A stretch of 64,000 bases of DNA, from the NCBI GenBank assembly GCA_017654855.1, contig CM030334.1, positions 3,162,001 through 3,226,000 on the forward strand, written 5' to 3'. Position 1 is the first letter of the stretch; each line of letters begins with the position of its first letter. The stretch comes from Podospora anserina (taxonomy: Eukaryota). Below, in pieces: positions 36,999 to 49,715 of the stretch. The notes under the pieces are model-generated. The model was given only the letters and a program-made list of their open reading frames with translations. It made no database searches and had not been told where the DNA came from. The translations under genes were made by a program, and so were the position numbers.

Positions 36999-37584
36999 TC
37001 ATTCTGGCTTGGGACCAGCAACATCCAGTCCCTCCAGTCCTTGCATTGGATCGTCTGCTCTGTTCTGAGCCTGCTCAGAGGCGAGCCTGTCCTCCTCACT
37101 GACGGCATTCTCGGCCAACCATCCCTCCTATTTGTCATATAATTAGCACATATTTTCTCCTCGAACATCACGAGATGGGGTCAAAACTCACCTGCTCCCA
37201 AACAGCAGTCTTACTCCCCAGCCCACCCGTCTGCGCGCTCTTTGGGATCTTGGCTGCGGAAACCTTGATAGTTCTCCCAAAGATCTCGGCTTGGTCCATG
37301 TTGTCGATTGCCTCCTTTGCGTCGGCCTCATCCTCGAATTCAACGTAGGCAAAACCACGGTGAGTTGACTGTTGTTGTTGCTGTTGTTGGGGGCCGTTGC
37401 CGAGGAAGTCATTATTGTTGGACTTGTTGTCAGCACCGTTGGGTCCGCGGCCGTCGTTTTTGGGGAGGGAGATGTCTGCTATTTCACCAAAGGGGAGGAA
37501 GGCTTCGGAGATGGTTTGCAGGGTTGCTTGGGGAGGGAGGTTGCCGACGTAGATGGTGGCTTTCCAGCGGGTTGCGTCCGACAT
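36999..37584 (-). CDS. RRM protein similar to the RRM of cyclophilin E (PPIE/Cyp33), without a PPIase domain
   Basis: RNP2 IYVGNL, AFLPFGEI, RNP1 HRGFAYVEF, AIDNMDQAEIFGRTIKV, AVWEQEGWL. Exons 37584-37192 and 37127-36999. Confidence 0.85.
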
Positions 37585-38444
37585 TTTCAGGGGGTGGGAA
37601 GGGGATGTGTAAGTGGTAGTGAGTTTGAAGGAGAGCAAGAGCTGTAAGGAGTGATGGTTTGGTGGTTGAGTCTTGGATTTTGGAAGAGGTGTGTATTGAG
37701 ATATGTCGTTCGGCAGGCGGGATCAATGTCGACTTGATTGCCAGATATTCCACCGGATGAATACTCGAGGGCTTTGATGTGGTGGTGAGTTGAGATGTTG
37801 GGTTGATTGATAGAGAGGCTGAAATCACGTGGAGTGAAGATTGCCTGGATGCAAGCTGCAGTGATGCCCCGCCAGAGCTTGGGGTTGCTCGTTCAGGGAC
37901 TCCAAGCTCCCGTCATGGTTGGAGGCGGATGTTTGACTGGACGAGGTGTTTTGAATTTATTTTGATCTGATGATCTACTCAAACAATATTCTCTCGAGCT
38001 TTAGATTCCGTCCCTCTTTTGGCAACTTAGCTACGAGAATATGGAATCTTTGTGCCCTTGATGTACATGTGTAAGAGTGAAACAAGGGTTAGGGTAACCC
38101 CACCTTGTTGGAAGGGACAGCTGCCAAAAACTGGGGGCGGCATCACCCCCTGTGGGCGCCATACCTCGCAATGTTAGTTGGCGCCCTGGCTGCAATCTGG
38201 CAACTCGCCCAGCCAACATTCCCACCTTGAACCTCCCAAACCACCACCTCACTCTCGTCCGCCCTCACGGCCTAACAGCTCTCTGGAGAAGAGCTCCCGG
38301 TGTTTTCTATAAGCGTCTCAAGCCAATTGCCACTTTCCCGTTTTTGTTCTAATTCCATAACGATAATCACCGAGAAACCCCTCTACCGCCGTGGTCCCTA
38401 CGGAGTAACACGCCGTCTACCGATTCCACCGCCCACCGACCGTC

Positions 38445-41400
38445 ATGGTCCGCCTGAGAGAGATCCCGCGGACCGGGGCCTTTGCCTGGTCACCCGGTTC
38501 TGACGCCCTCGTCGTCACCGGCACCCGCTCCGGCGCAGTCGACGCCGACTTCTCCGACGAGACCAAGCTCGAGCTGTGGGACCTCAACCTCGATTCCCAA
38601 GAACAGGGGCTCGAGCTCCAGCCGATAGCTACCATCAGCACAGAGTCCAGGTATATACTAGATCTAGATAGCCGCACCACCATAGAGCTACCTGACCAGA
38701 CAAACTGACGGGATGGCATCACAGATTCTACGATATAGCATGGGGTGCCCCAAGTGACGAGCACCCATTGGGTGTTGTTGCCGGCGCAATGGAGGATGGA
38801 TCCCTGCAGCTGTGGGATGCCCAGAAGCTCAAGGACAGCGAAGATGCCCTGATTTCACGCACGACAAAGCACACCGGCCCTGTCAAATCACTCCAGTTCA
38901 ACCCCCTGAGACCACACGTTCTCGCCACGGCTGGCTCAAAGGGCGAGCTCTTCATCTGGGACGTTAACGACACCTCGACCGCTTTCCGTCTTGGCACCGC
39001 CGCCGCCCAGGATATCGAGTGCGTGGCATGGAACAGGAAGGTTTCCAACATTTTGGCGGCCGGAAGTGCCGGGGGATTTGTCTCAGTATGGGATCTCAAG
39101 ACGAAGAAGCTGTCCTTGACCTTGACACCCAGAGACCGCAAGCCCGTCAGTGCGATCGCTTGGGACCCGAACAACTCGACGAGCCTCCTTACCGCGACGT
39201 CCGATGACACTAGCCCAGTTATTTCTCTCTGGAATCTGAGAAACTCGCAGGTTCCCGAGAAGACCCTTCAAGGCCACGATCAGGGCATTCTGTCTCTGTC
39301 TTGGTGCCAACAGGATCCAGGCCTGTTGATTTCTTGCGGCAAGGACAACCGATCACTCGTGTGGAACCCGCAGACCGGAGAGCGGTATGGCGAGTTCCCC
39401 GAGGCCACCAACTGGGCTTTCTCGACACGTTTCAACCCAGTCAACCCCAACTTGTCCGCCATTGCGTCTTTTGATGGCAAGATCACCATCCACACTCTGC
39501 AAAACACCAACCCTTCTACGGCGCCAGTGCCCCAAAACAGCTTGGACGATGATGACTTCTTCTCCAAGGCCCCGACCCAGCTTCAGACCACCTCTTTCTC
39601 TCTCCCTAGGGCTCCCAACTGGTTTGAGCGCCCTGTCAGCGTATCCTTTGGCTACGGTGGTAAGCTTGTCATTCTCCGCAAGAACGATACGCCCGCTGGT
39701 CAGCCCAGGTCTTCCAAGATCCAGATTGTTGGGTTCTCTGTAGACTCAGACATTGGATCTGCCACCGAGAAGTTCGAGGAGGCCTTTAAGAGTGGCGATC
39801 TCGCTGGCATCTGTGAGTCGCAGATTGAGTCTGCCAAGACGGAGGAGGAGAAGGCCGAATGGCAGGTGTTGAAGACCCTGAGCGCTTCAGATGGCCGTAC
39901 CAAGATTGTAGAGTATCTTGGCTACTCCAAGGAAGAAGAGGAGGAGTCCAACGGGGCTGAAGAATCCGAGACTGCCGAGACCACCGAGGCCAAGGAGGAA
40001 ACAGAAGAGACCGGCCTGGCTCCTCCCCAAGCCAATGGCGACGGCAAGAGGAAGCACAAGCGTGTGACGAGCATGTGGGGTGATGTAGATGATGGCGAGG
40101 ACTTCTTGTCCGATTTGCCTGCCACCAAGGGCGCCAGAACCGACAACCCGTTCCACCTCCTGAGCGAGGGCAACACCCACCTCGAGGACAAGATTACCAA
40201 GGCCATTATCCTGGGCAAGTTCGAAAAGGCCGTCAACATCTGCTTGAAGGAGAACAGGATCGCCGATGCCTTCATTCTTGCTAACTGCGGTGGAAAGGAT
40301 CTCGTCGACAAGGTCCAAACCGCTTACCTCGCGCAGAAGAAGGGTGCCCCCAGCTATCTCCGCGTGATCAACTCGATCATTGGAAAGAACCTTTGGGATG
40401 TCGTCTACAATGCCGACCTCGCCAACTGGAAGGAGACTATGGTTACTCTCTGCACCTTTGCTGATCCCTCCGAATTCCCTGATCTCTGCGAAGCACTTGG
40501 AGATCGCATCTACGAGTCCGGGTCGCGAAACGATGCTTCTTTCTGCTACCTTGTCGGCTCCAAGCTGGAGAAGGTGGTGGACATCTGGATCGCTCAGCTC
40601 AAGGAGGCCGAGGAGGCTGGACTGAAGGAGTCCACTAATGATTCGACTTTCTCGGTCCACGCCAGATCGCTGCAGCAGTTTATCGAGAAGGTTACCGTGT
40701 TCCGTGCGGTGACCAAGTTCACCGATGAGGAGAAGAACCTCACCGGCGGCTGGAAGCTCGAGGCTCTGTACAACAAGTATACAGAGTATGCTGATATTGC
40801 CGCTGCCCATGGCCAGCTGGCGATCGCTCAAAAGTACCTCGACCTCCTCCCCAACGAGTTCCCTGCTGCCGAGGTTGCGAGAAACCGTGTCAAGCTTGCC
40901 ACTCAGAAGGCTGCTCCCCAGCCTGCTGCCGCTGCTACTCGGGCTCCTGCCTCTCGCGCGGCTTCTCGCGCCCCTGCGCCTCTGGGTTATCAACAGGCCG
41001 CCCCCGTTGCCCCTGTTGCCGCCACACCCGCCAATCCATATGCTCCTCCTGTTCAGGCTCAGCAGCGCGCTCCCGTTCAGAACCCATATGGGCCTACGAC
41101 TACATCTCAGTACGCCCCTCCAGGTGCCTCCCCATACGCTCCTCAAGGTCAGGGATACGCGCCTTCTCCTCCTGTAGGCGGTGGGTATGCACCTCCCGTT
41201 CAGTCTTTCACCTCGGCTGGCCCCCCACCTAGAAATACTGGGCCACCGCCCCAGATCAAGAAGGACGTTGGTGCTTGGAATGATCTCCCAGAGTCTATGG
41301 CGGCGAAGAAGCCTCCTCCTCGGAGGTCTACCCCAAGTGTCGCCCCGATTACCTCACCCTATGGTGGCCCCGCGGGTTTGACCAGCCCTCCCCCAGTTGG

Positions 41401-42366
41401 CCCCTATCAGCGAGGAGCACCAACACCACCACCTCCTCCTCCCAAGGGCCCTGCACCCCCTCGCAACACGGCTTCTCCTTTGACTGGGCCCCCGCAGGTT
41501 GGCCAACAGCTGCCGTATAGACCCGGGTCGGCCTCTTCCCATGCTTCCACCAACCCGTACGCGCCTCCACAACCCCAGGTGGCACCTCCGCTGCCATCAC
41601 CCATGGCTGTTCCCCGGACAGCATCGCCATACAACCCACCTCCCGCTGGTGCCCCTGCCCCGAGCAGATACGCCCCGGCACCAGCGCCGCAAACCTATAG
41701 CCAGCCCCCGACGTCCACCCCACTTGCTCCTCCCCCGTCCAACCCGTACGCCCCTGCGCCCGTTGCGCACCAGTCGGCACCACCCGTCGGCCAGTACGCA
41801 CCTCCTCCTCCCCAGGGCGGCCGGCCACCAGTGGGGCCTCCACCCAGCGCCGGTCCTCCCCGTGCTCCCGTAGGACCCCCACCAGCTGGCGGACCGCCCC
41901 GTGCTTCTCCTGCCCCGGCTGCGGCTGCCCCTCCACCGCCAGCGGCGGCCAAGCCCAGACATCCCGCCGGTGACCGGTCTCACATCCCTCCCAGTGCTCA
42001 GCAGCTGGTGGAAATCTTTAGCCAGGACATGCAGAGAGTAGCAGCCAAGGCTCCCGCTTCGTTCGCGCCGCAGGTCAAGGACACGCAGAAGCGTCTGGGT
42101 CTTCTCTTTGACCATCTCAACAATGAGGAGCTCGTCCAGCCAGACACGATTGCGCAGCTGGCTCAGTTGGCGGATGCTCTTGCCAGCAAGAACTACGACG
42201 TCGCGAGCAAGATCCAGGTGGACATTCAAAGGGAGAAGACTGAGCAGTGCGGACAGTGGATGGTAAGTTGTTCTTTTGATTGATGGTGACTATAAAGTTG
42301 ATTGCTGACTGAGTGTTGCAGGTTGGTGTGAAGCGGTTGATCAGCATGAGCAAGGCGACTCCTTGA
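38445..42366 (+). CDS. SEC31: COPII coat protein Sec31
   Basis: [19 protein letters not shown]40 repeats, [18 protein letters not shown], Pro-rich region, C-terminal WMVGVKRLI. Exons 38445-38650, 38725-42262, 42322-42366. Confidence 0.96.
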
Positions 42367-42801
42367 GCGGTTGATGGTTGGTAATTTTGCAGGAATGGAA
42401 AAGCAGGAGCGGGTGGTTTTGTGCTTGGTAGTGTTGGTAGTAGTACAATATAGCTTGTTGTTATGTGTTGGAGTGAATTTTCATCTTTTTATCTTAGGAC
42501 TTAATGAATGAATCACAGTCTTCAAGTTTTGAGCGGTTGTCTGGCAGCTGTTTTGCTGCTTGTAAACTGTGCAAGTGTGTGCGTGGCAACTGCTTTATCC
42601 CGAAACCTGACCCCGCAATTATTAGCAACGTGAGCCACTCACTCACTCACACACCCGCTTTCGACGGTTCTTACACCTTCCATGTCAACAACATTGACTT
42701 GATTACAACCTCAACCACACCAACATCTATCTCACTTTTACTTTTTCACCTTTTTAGTTTATTTCATCACGAGTGACAAGAAGGAAAGGAGGGAAGGAAA
42801 A

Positions 42802-43630
42802 ATGTCCCACCACTGCCACGACGAACACCACGACCACTCTCATGGCGGGGAGGGAGAACATGACCACAGCGACGACATCACGCCCGCGCTGCAGTTTTCG
42901 CTGTACCAGCACATTGACTTTGACGGGGTGGCGACGCTGAACGAGGCTACTTATGGGTCAGGGAAGGAGGTGCTGAAGAAGACGTGGGCGGAGAGGTTGA
43001 GGGTTGAGCCTGAGGTTGAGAGCGATGGGGATGAGCAGTTGTTGGTGAATGTGCCGTACGTATTCCTACTGTTTTTTTTTTCTCCTGTTTGGGTATAAGA
43101 AAGAAGTGAAAACTGTAGGGCTTTGGAAGTTGGCTGATTTTGGGAGGGAAGATTTACCGGACAGGTCAAGCTGCATAGTATCTTGTTGAGGACATCAGAC
43201 AGTGATTCTGCGCCAAAGACGATGAAAGTTATCATCAACAGGGATGATGTCGATTTTGATGTTGCTGAGAGCGCAACCGCGACGCAGGAGTTTGAGTTAG
43301 CCCGGACGGGGGAGGTGCAGGAGGTTGCGGTGGTGAGGTCCCCCTTCACTTCATACAAAATAAAATGCTGAGAGACTAAAAAAAAAAAAAAATTAAAAAA
43401 AAAAGAGAAGAGCCCGCTTCAACGCCGTCCGCCGCCTGTCCCTCTTCTTCCCCGACAACTTTGGCGACGGGGACGAGGACGTCACGAGGATATCGTACAT
43501 TGGTTTCAAGGGGGAGTGGATGCAGCTGGGACGAGCACCGGCAAACATCCTGTACGAGGCGGCGGCGAACCCGAGTGATCACAAGGTTAAGGGGGTGGGG
43601 GTTAACCAGATGGGAAGTGACATTCAGTAG
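42802..43630 (+). CDS. PITH (DUF1000) domain protein, PITHD1-like
   Basis: His-rich N-terminus, SLYQHIDF, ESDGDEQLLVNVPFTGQVKLHSI, RISYIGFKGEW, YEAAANPSDH. Exons 42802-43055, 43152-43332, 43406-43630. Confidence 0.9.
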
Positions 43631-43686
43631 TAAGAGTCAATTCATGAATAAAATAGGGGGTTGATTTGTTAGAGACAAAAAAAACA

Positions 43687-44603
43687 CTACATGAAATCAT
43701 CCTCCCAATCTGACCCCCTGTCCTGGTTGCTGGACTGGGCCAGGTTCTCCTCGGTGAAGATGTCGTCGTAGGCGTGGTCCTTTTGGTATTTCTTCTCCTG
43801 GCGCTCTTTGGCGATACGGGCTTCTTCTTTTTTCTGTTTTTATTTTTTTTCCACACACACGTCAATTAACCAAGTTAAAAGAGATAGAAACGGGAGGGAT
43901 GACTAACCCTCGCCAGAAAAGCACTATGATCCCTCTTCCTCAGCTCTTTGAGTCTATCCTCCTTCTCCTGCCTCAAGTCAGGGTGCTTCTCCACCTTGGT
44001 CTTGTTGAGCCTGTTCACGATGGGGTTCTCCCTTTGGGGGATCAGGATCCGCTTGACTTTCTTCTGGTCCTTGAACGAGACCTGGCCGACGGCCATGGAG
44101 CCGTCCTTTTTCAGGTTGGACCAGGGGGTGTAGATGATGGTGATGTTGTCCTTTTTGTTGCCCTCGATCGAGTTAGCCTTTGTCAGCTGGCCGAGGTCGG
44201 TGAGGAGGGGGTCGGGGATGGCGTCCCAGGTTTGGCCTTCGGGGAGGCGGAGGTAGATGTGGGCTGAGGAGAGCTTGTCTACGTGGAACTGCCTCGAGCG
44301 TTAGCGAGGGGATAGGCATGAGTGACGAAGGGGTGTGGTACGTACCCTGAAGAAGAGAAGAGTATGAGGGTGAGTTCTGTAGGTAGGTAGAGGAGGTCTT
44401 GGCTGGGACCGGGAACGGTAGGTGAGACAGGCTTACCAGACATCTTCCTCCCAGCCGTGCTTGATCAGCTCTTCGTCTGTGAGATGTTAGTTTCCGTTCT
44501 TCGAACATGGACTTGAACTAACACACTCACTCTCAAACTTGTCCTTGCCGACATAAATGTACGCCGGCGGGTCAACCACGGTCGAGGTGAAATAGTAGAC
44601 CAT
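43687..44603 (-). CDS. CCDC25: CCDC25/Jlp2 (DUF814, NFACT-R domain) protein
   Basis: Exons 44603-44531, 44476-44437, 44346 (1 nt), 44288-43908, 43833-43687 give MVYYFTS...[37 protein letters not shown]...QLTKANSIEGNKKDNITIIYTPWSNLKK...WEDDFM. Confidence 0.93.
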
Positions 44604-45058
44604 TTTGACTCGATTTGCAGAAGATGACCTAAAGAGTGTATGATATACCTGCGGCTGTAAGATCTCTGCTCGCCCTGCTGCTCAGCGTTGCTCCAAAGAG
44701 AAGTGAAGAGGGAGCTCGAGAACCTCTGCAACCCAAAACCAATCAATGAATGAGAGGACCAAGTGCAGGCAGGCCACTTCAGCCTTGAAAGGGTTAGGGT
44801 TAAGGCTTATCATGCCCAATCCCCGGTAGGGGCAGATCGGTTTATCGGAGCCCGAATCCCAGTCCAGTTCGAGCTTCCCAAATTTCTCTGCTGCCGCCGC
44901 GGCCGATCGACCTTGAACCCGCGACACCTCGCCGTCGTCGCCGCCTTTTTTTCTCACCAGGGGTTCGACGCCATAACCCCAATGCCATAACCCGACGACA
45001 AGCACACCGAGAGAACCAATTGACCAACCCCTCGAGGGTGCATCACACAGCAACAAAA

Positions 45059-46207
45059 ATGGCCCCCCGACTGGCGCCAGCAGGCGCAGGACTCACCCTC
45101 CGACTACCCCTCCGAACAACCTCCCCGGCCTCCCTCCTCCGAACAACGCAATTCCACACTTCCACCCCCCAATCCGTAAAACTCGGCTGGTCCACCCTCC
45201 CCTCCCGCGCCAAACCAACCCGCTTCAACCAAGTCACCTCGGGCCTCCCCGCCCCCACCGCCGGCCCAGCCGCCGCCCTCAAGCGAAAAGCCCAGTCCAC
45301 GCCCGTCCGCGCCGGCGTGCTGGCCATAAAGAAGGGCATGACCGCCTTCATGGGCCTGACCGGCACACGCATCCCCTGCACCGTCCTCCAGCTCGACCGC
45401 GTCCAGACCGTCCTCAACAAAACAAGAAAAGACCACGGGTACTGGGCCGTGCAAGTCGGTTTCGGGGAACGTGACCCGAAAAACATTGGCGCGCCGATGC
45501 TGGGGTACTACGAAGCAAAGGGCATCGCGCCCAAGGAACAACTCGCGGAATTCAAGGTCAGGGATGAGAAGGGGTTGCTGCCGGTCGGTGTGCAGCTCAT
45601 GCCGGACTGGTTCTACATCGGGCAGAGGGTTGACGTGAGGAGTAACTCCCGGGGTATGGGTTTTGCGGGTGGCATGAAGAGACATGGGTTTTCGGGGCAG
45701 GAGGCGTCGCATGGTAATTCGAAAAACCATCGGACTATTGGTTCTGCTGGTCCTTCGCAGGGTAGCGGCAGCAGAGTGCTGCCGGGGAAGAAGATGCCCG
45801 GACGGATGGGGAACCAGAGGGTTACGGTGCAGAACCTGCCGATCCTCCTGATTGATAACGATCTTGGGATCGTGGTTGTCAAGGGGGCTGTGGCGGGGCC
45901 GAAGGGGTGCGTGGTCAAGATTCAGGATGCGTGCAAGAAGCCGCCGCCGCCAGAGGAGCACATTGAGAAGACGATGAGGGCTTTGAAGGAGAGGTTTCCC
46001 AACGCGGAGGAGCATTTGCAGCAGGCGAGGGAGAGGCATCTCGAGCTGAAGAGGGCCAGACGGGAAAAGAGGATAGAGGAGATTTTGACTGGGGGGTGGG
46101 AGCCGACGAGGGAGCAGGCCGAGATGATGGAGCGGGCGGCTGCTGAGGATGGGCATGAGAGTTTGGGTGGGGAGCAGCAGCAGCAGCAGCAGCGGGCTAC
46201 GTTGTAA
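45059..46207 (+). CDS. MRPL9: Mitochondrial ribosomal protein uL3m (yeast MrpL9)
   Basis: Presequence, GVLAIKKGMT, RGMGFAGGMKRHGF, HGNSKNHR..GS, GRVLPGKKMPGRMG-type L3 motif, KGAVAGPKG. Single exon. Confidence 0.94.
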   Translation: MAPRLAPAGAGLTLRLPLRTTSPASLLRTTQFHTSTPQSVKLGWSTLPSRAKPTRFNQVTSGLPAPTAGPAAALKRKAQSTPVRAGVLAIKKGMTAFMGLTGTRIPCTVLQLDRVQTVLNKTRKDHGYWAVQVGFGERDPKNIGAPMLGYYEAKGIAPKEQLAEFKVRDEKGLLPVGVQLMPDWFYIGQRVDVRSNSRGMGFAGGMKRHGFSGQEASHGNSKNHRTIGSAGPSQGSGSRVLPGKKMPGRMGNQRVTVQNLPILLIDNDLGIVVVKGAVAGPKGCVVKIQDACKKPPPPEEHIEKTMRALKERFPNAEEHLQQARERHLELKRARREKRIEEILTGGWEPTREQAEMMERAAAEDGHESLGGEQQQQQQRATL

Positions 46208-46331
46208 AGGCGGGGGGAGAGAGAGGCCTTTGGTGTTTTTGTTTGATTATTTTTGAAATGTATGATATTTACACTAAATGTACAAGTACTGGGATGTGTG
46301 AGAGTGTGCCTCTTTCACTGATGTCATCTGA

Positions 46332-47041
46332 CTACTTCCTGAACCCCCTCTTGGCAGCAAAGCTATCACCCTCATCATCATCCAGTTCAATCCCCAGCTG
46401 ATCAGCCCCCGTCATGACCTTGAAGGGATCCTCGGCTCCGTCCAGCAGGTCAATCTTCTTTCCCCCATCCATCTCCAAGCTCCACTCTGTCGTCTCAAAC
46501 ACGCCCCTTGGCGACGGCCTGAACGAGGCAAACCGCATGACGCCCTCCCCCTTTGTGCCCTTCACCCTGAACGTAATATCGATCCTGCCCTGGACCTGGT
46601 TGAGAGTGCCAGAGATCCAGGGGATCTGCTGCGCAAAGTAGATGTTGTCGCCGAGGTGCTCGCGGCCGACGTCCGAGGTGCGGAGGGCGTAGAGGGTGGC
46701 GCCGACCACGGGGGAGGAGAACTTTTGGTAGTTGAAGATGGCGACCGAGGCGACGCCCACACAGAGGGCGAAGAGGGGGAGGGTTTTCATCCATTTGGAG
46801 GAGGGAAGGGCTGAATTCACACGTTAGACTTGGAAAGAGGGAAGTGGGAATGCTATGGGGGTTACACACGGGGAAGCTCTCTGTCTGCTCTGCGCTCCAT
46901 GAGGGGGCCGTCGCCTCGTTTGGGGGCTGGTATTAAGGTTCGTTTTTGTATTTGCTGCCTGAGGGGTTGTGTCCGCTGTGATATTTGGGAGGGTATCCGC
47001 CTGAAGAGGGCCGCCCTTTGTGTTAACCTTGACAGCAGCAT
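46332..47041 (-). CDS. COA1: Cytochrome oxidase assembly factor Coa1-like
   Basis: Presequence, GPLMERRADRELP, TM helix, IFNYQKFSSPVV..TLYALR, PWISGTLNQVQGRIDITFRVKG. Intron 46869-46811. Confidence 0.85.
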
Positions 47042-48098
47042 GTTGGGAGTCGTTGTGGTTTTGCGACGGGGGTATCCGTAGAGGTTCGTTGATTCTAGCT
47101 CAAGCAAGCAAGGCAGCCCACTTTGGAGAGCTCGTTCGAGGGCTTGGCGGGAAGCTTGGTAGTCATGGATTGATGCATATTATTGGGTTATGCGAGAAAG
47201 GATATGGGGTGCATAATCGCTTTAACCGAGAGTTTCTTTCAACTACACTCACACTTCATACTTCATTTCATGGCTGAATAGCCTCGGATGGTTTTCCTTT
47301 GTTTGAACACCCCGCAGATTTGATCAGCCACCATGGCGGGACAGTTTACCGTGTCTAGGGAACCCTCCGACCGGCAAGATAAAAAAAACATCCGAGAAAT
47401 AGTAACGTTGGAATGCCATAGCAGCGGCACAGCGAGCGTTGTTGGGACGAAAACGAGAATTACAGTTGGAGCCGGTGATGTATGTTGCGTAACATAGTAG
47501 GTATGAGCTAAGTCTTCGGACTGGAATCGGCTTAGAAGGATGACCTGGCAACCAGGATGGAACGGTTTTCTTAGTAGATCTCACAAATCTACTCATCAGG
47601 GGCTGTGGAAATGCCTACCATGAGAGACCAATGAAGAAGCATATTCATTCATTCATATACCATCACATCCCCGTCGTCTCGCTCGTCCGCCACACGGACA
47701 AAAACTCGGTGTATACGTCATCCAGGATTTCTCACTGAATCCTTCATCCCAGCTTACACGACTACCCTCTTCACAAAAGCCCAAGCAGTTATCCTGGACA
47801 AGTCCCGCAATACGAACCACCGAAACAGTAGATAGACTTGGTCCAGTCCACCACCGCCCGGACTAACACAGACAAAAACAATACAACCACTCACACTCTA
47901 TTGTTTGTTTTCTCCCCATCTCCCAGCCAGCAAAACCCGTCTAGACCCGAGCCACCTGCCTCGTTGTGCGTTTCACTCATATACCCACCCACTTCCCGCC
48001 CTCCCCCACCCTCCCCAATTCCCTCCACGCACCCTCTCTGTCAACTACCGCCCGTTATTTTCAGCGCCCGGGAAGCATACCACCCCCAATTCTTCAAC

Positions 48099-49274
48099 AT
48101 GGTAGCCGCCACCGCTGGCGGCTGGCTCCCCCCCCGCCTCCCAACCCCCTTTGTCTACCCATCCTCATCAGTAGGGACCTCAACCTCGTCGAGCGGTCGC
48201 GGCGGCGGCGGCGGCGGCGGTGTCTACACCGAACTCAACAGAAGCCATTCCTCTCCCTCTCCCCACCCATCAACCCCCAACCCCTCGCTCACAACTCCCA
48301 CGCCTGAACCTGACAACAACTCGAGGGGGTTTCTACTACCGGAATCAGAACCAAGGATACCACCCCGAAAACCGATAATCATGAACGGCAGAGAAAAAGA
48401 CCGGCATCACAACTTCCCGCCTGCGGCGCCGAAATCGTGGATAAAGTACATTATCTTGGTCACGGTACTGCTAGCAATGGACGGGATCATCTCCCTTTCG
48501 CTCGTCTCATCAACCGTGTCTTTTCTCCATAACTACGGAAAGGGACCCTTCGAGATGGGCTACCCGTTGGGTGTGTCTGGCTTCCTGCTCTCGGGACACC
48601 CGGCCGGGTTGGTGATGAACCATGGGCATGCTGTCAATGCGGCGGGTGGGACGGCGGTGGTGGTAGTTGGGGGAGGGGGGGTGTTGGGCTTGTGGGGGTT
48701 GTGGAGGTTTCATTCGCGGGTGGGTTTATCTCTTTTATGATCACAGAAACAAGAAGGAGATGCTGACAACAAATAGAGAAGAAAAGACTATGCAAACTAC
48801 ACTCGTTCCCCACTGCCCAGGGTTTTTCAGGCCTGGGCTGTTGTTGTGGTCTTGTCGTTTTTGCTTTCGCTTGGGGCGTTGGCGTACACTTTTGTCGAGA
48901 CGAGGCGGACGAGCGAGCAGAGTATTGATCCGAATGTGGCCGAAGAGTACCAGTTTCCGCGGTTGTATCCTGATGATAGGTGGACGCCCGAGACTTGGTT
49001 TGAGGCTGTGATTGCGTTGCCGATGGAGGATTCGAGGGATGAGGAGGTGATTAGGGAGAAGCTGAGGTTGATGAGGGGGTGGAAGTGGAATACTATTCCC
49101 ATGTTTCTGCTTGGGTTGACATTGGCAGGGTTGGTGGTGAGGGAAGTGGTGGTGTTTGGGGGGTGGGGGTCTAAGGGGAGGAGGGTGAGGGAGGAGAAGA
49201 GACAGGAGGAGTTGGGGATGGCAGGGTTGAATGGGATGAGTGGATATAGGGGAGTTGGGGATGGGCCGTTATGA
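48099..49274 (+). CDS. Hypothetical ~4-TM membrane protein
   Basis: Two ORFs joined in frame by intron 48720-48776 (GTGGGT..GCTGAC..TAG). Four hydrophobic segments and a YP..RWTPETWFEAV motif. The start may be at 48381. Confidence 0.7.
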
Positions 49275-49715
49275 GGCTCGGTACAAATAGTGGTTGATTC
49301 TTGTCTGGAATGCTCTGGTCTTTTCTGGTCGTTGAATTGCACCTTTGATCAGTCTGTTGCGTCTAGTTCTGCTCGGGCTTGACATTGTGATGAAATAACA
49401 CTTTTAATTCTGTGATAATTCGACATATTCATGCATTGATCAACTTGTGGTGTCATAAGTGCCAGATCAGAGCTGAGGATGTAGGTATGCAAATACCGAA
49501 TCCTATGCCGTCTACCGGCATTTCACCTCTTATATGCCTCTATCCATCATAACTACGGGGCCGCCAAGACCAAACGGTTGCGCAGCTGTCAACGGCAGCC
49601 ACGGAAGCTTCACAGCAACTGTCATTTCACGAAGCCTTCTTCTCACCGAATCCCCAGTTTCACTCTCAACACTTCTCAACCACACACAGACAGAATCCTC
49701 CAACCAACAAAAGAA

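Noticed and set aside
44790-44806. GGGTTAGGGTTAAGG telomere-like words (also near 38086)
   Set aside because: Only 1-2 units in promoters; not a telomere, at most Myb/Tbf1-type sites.
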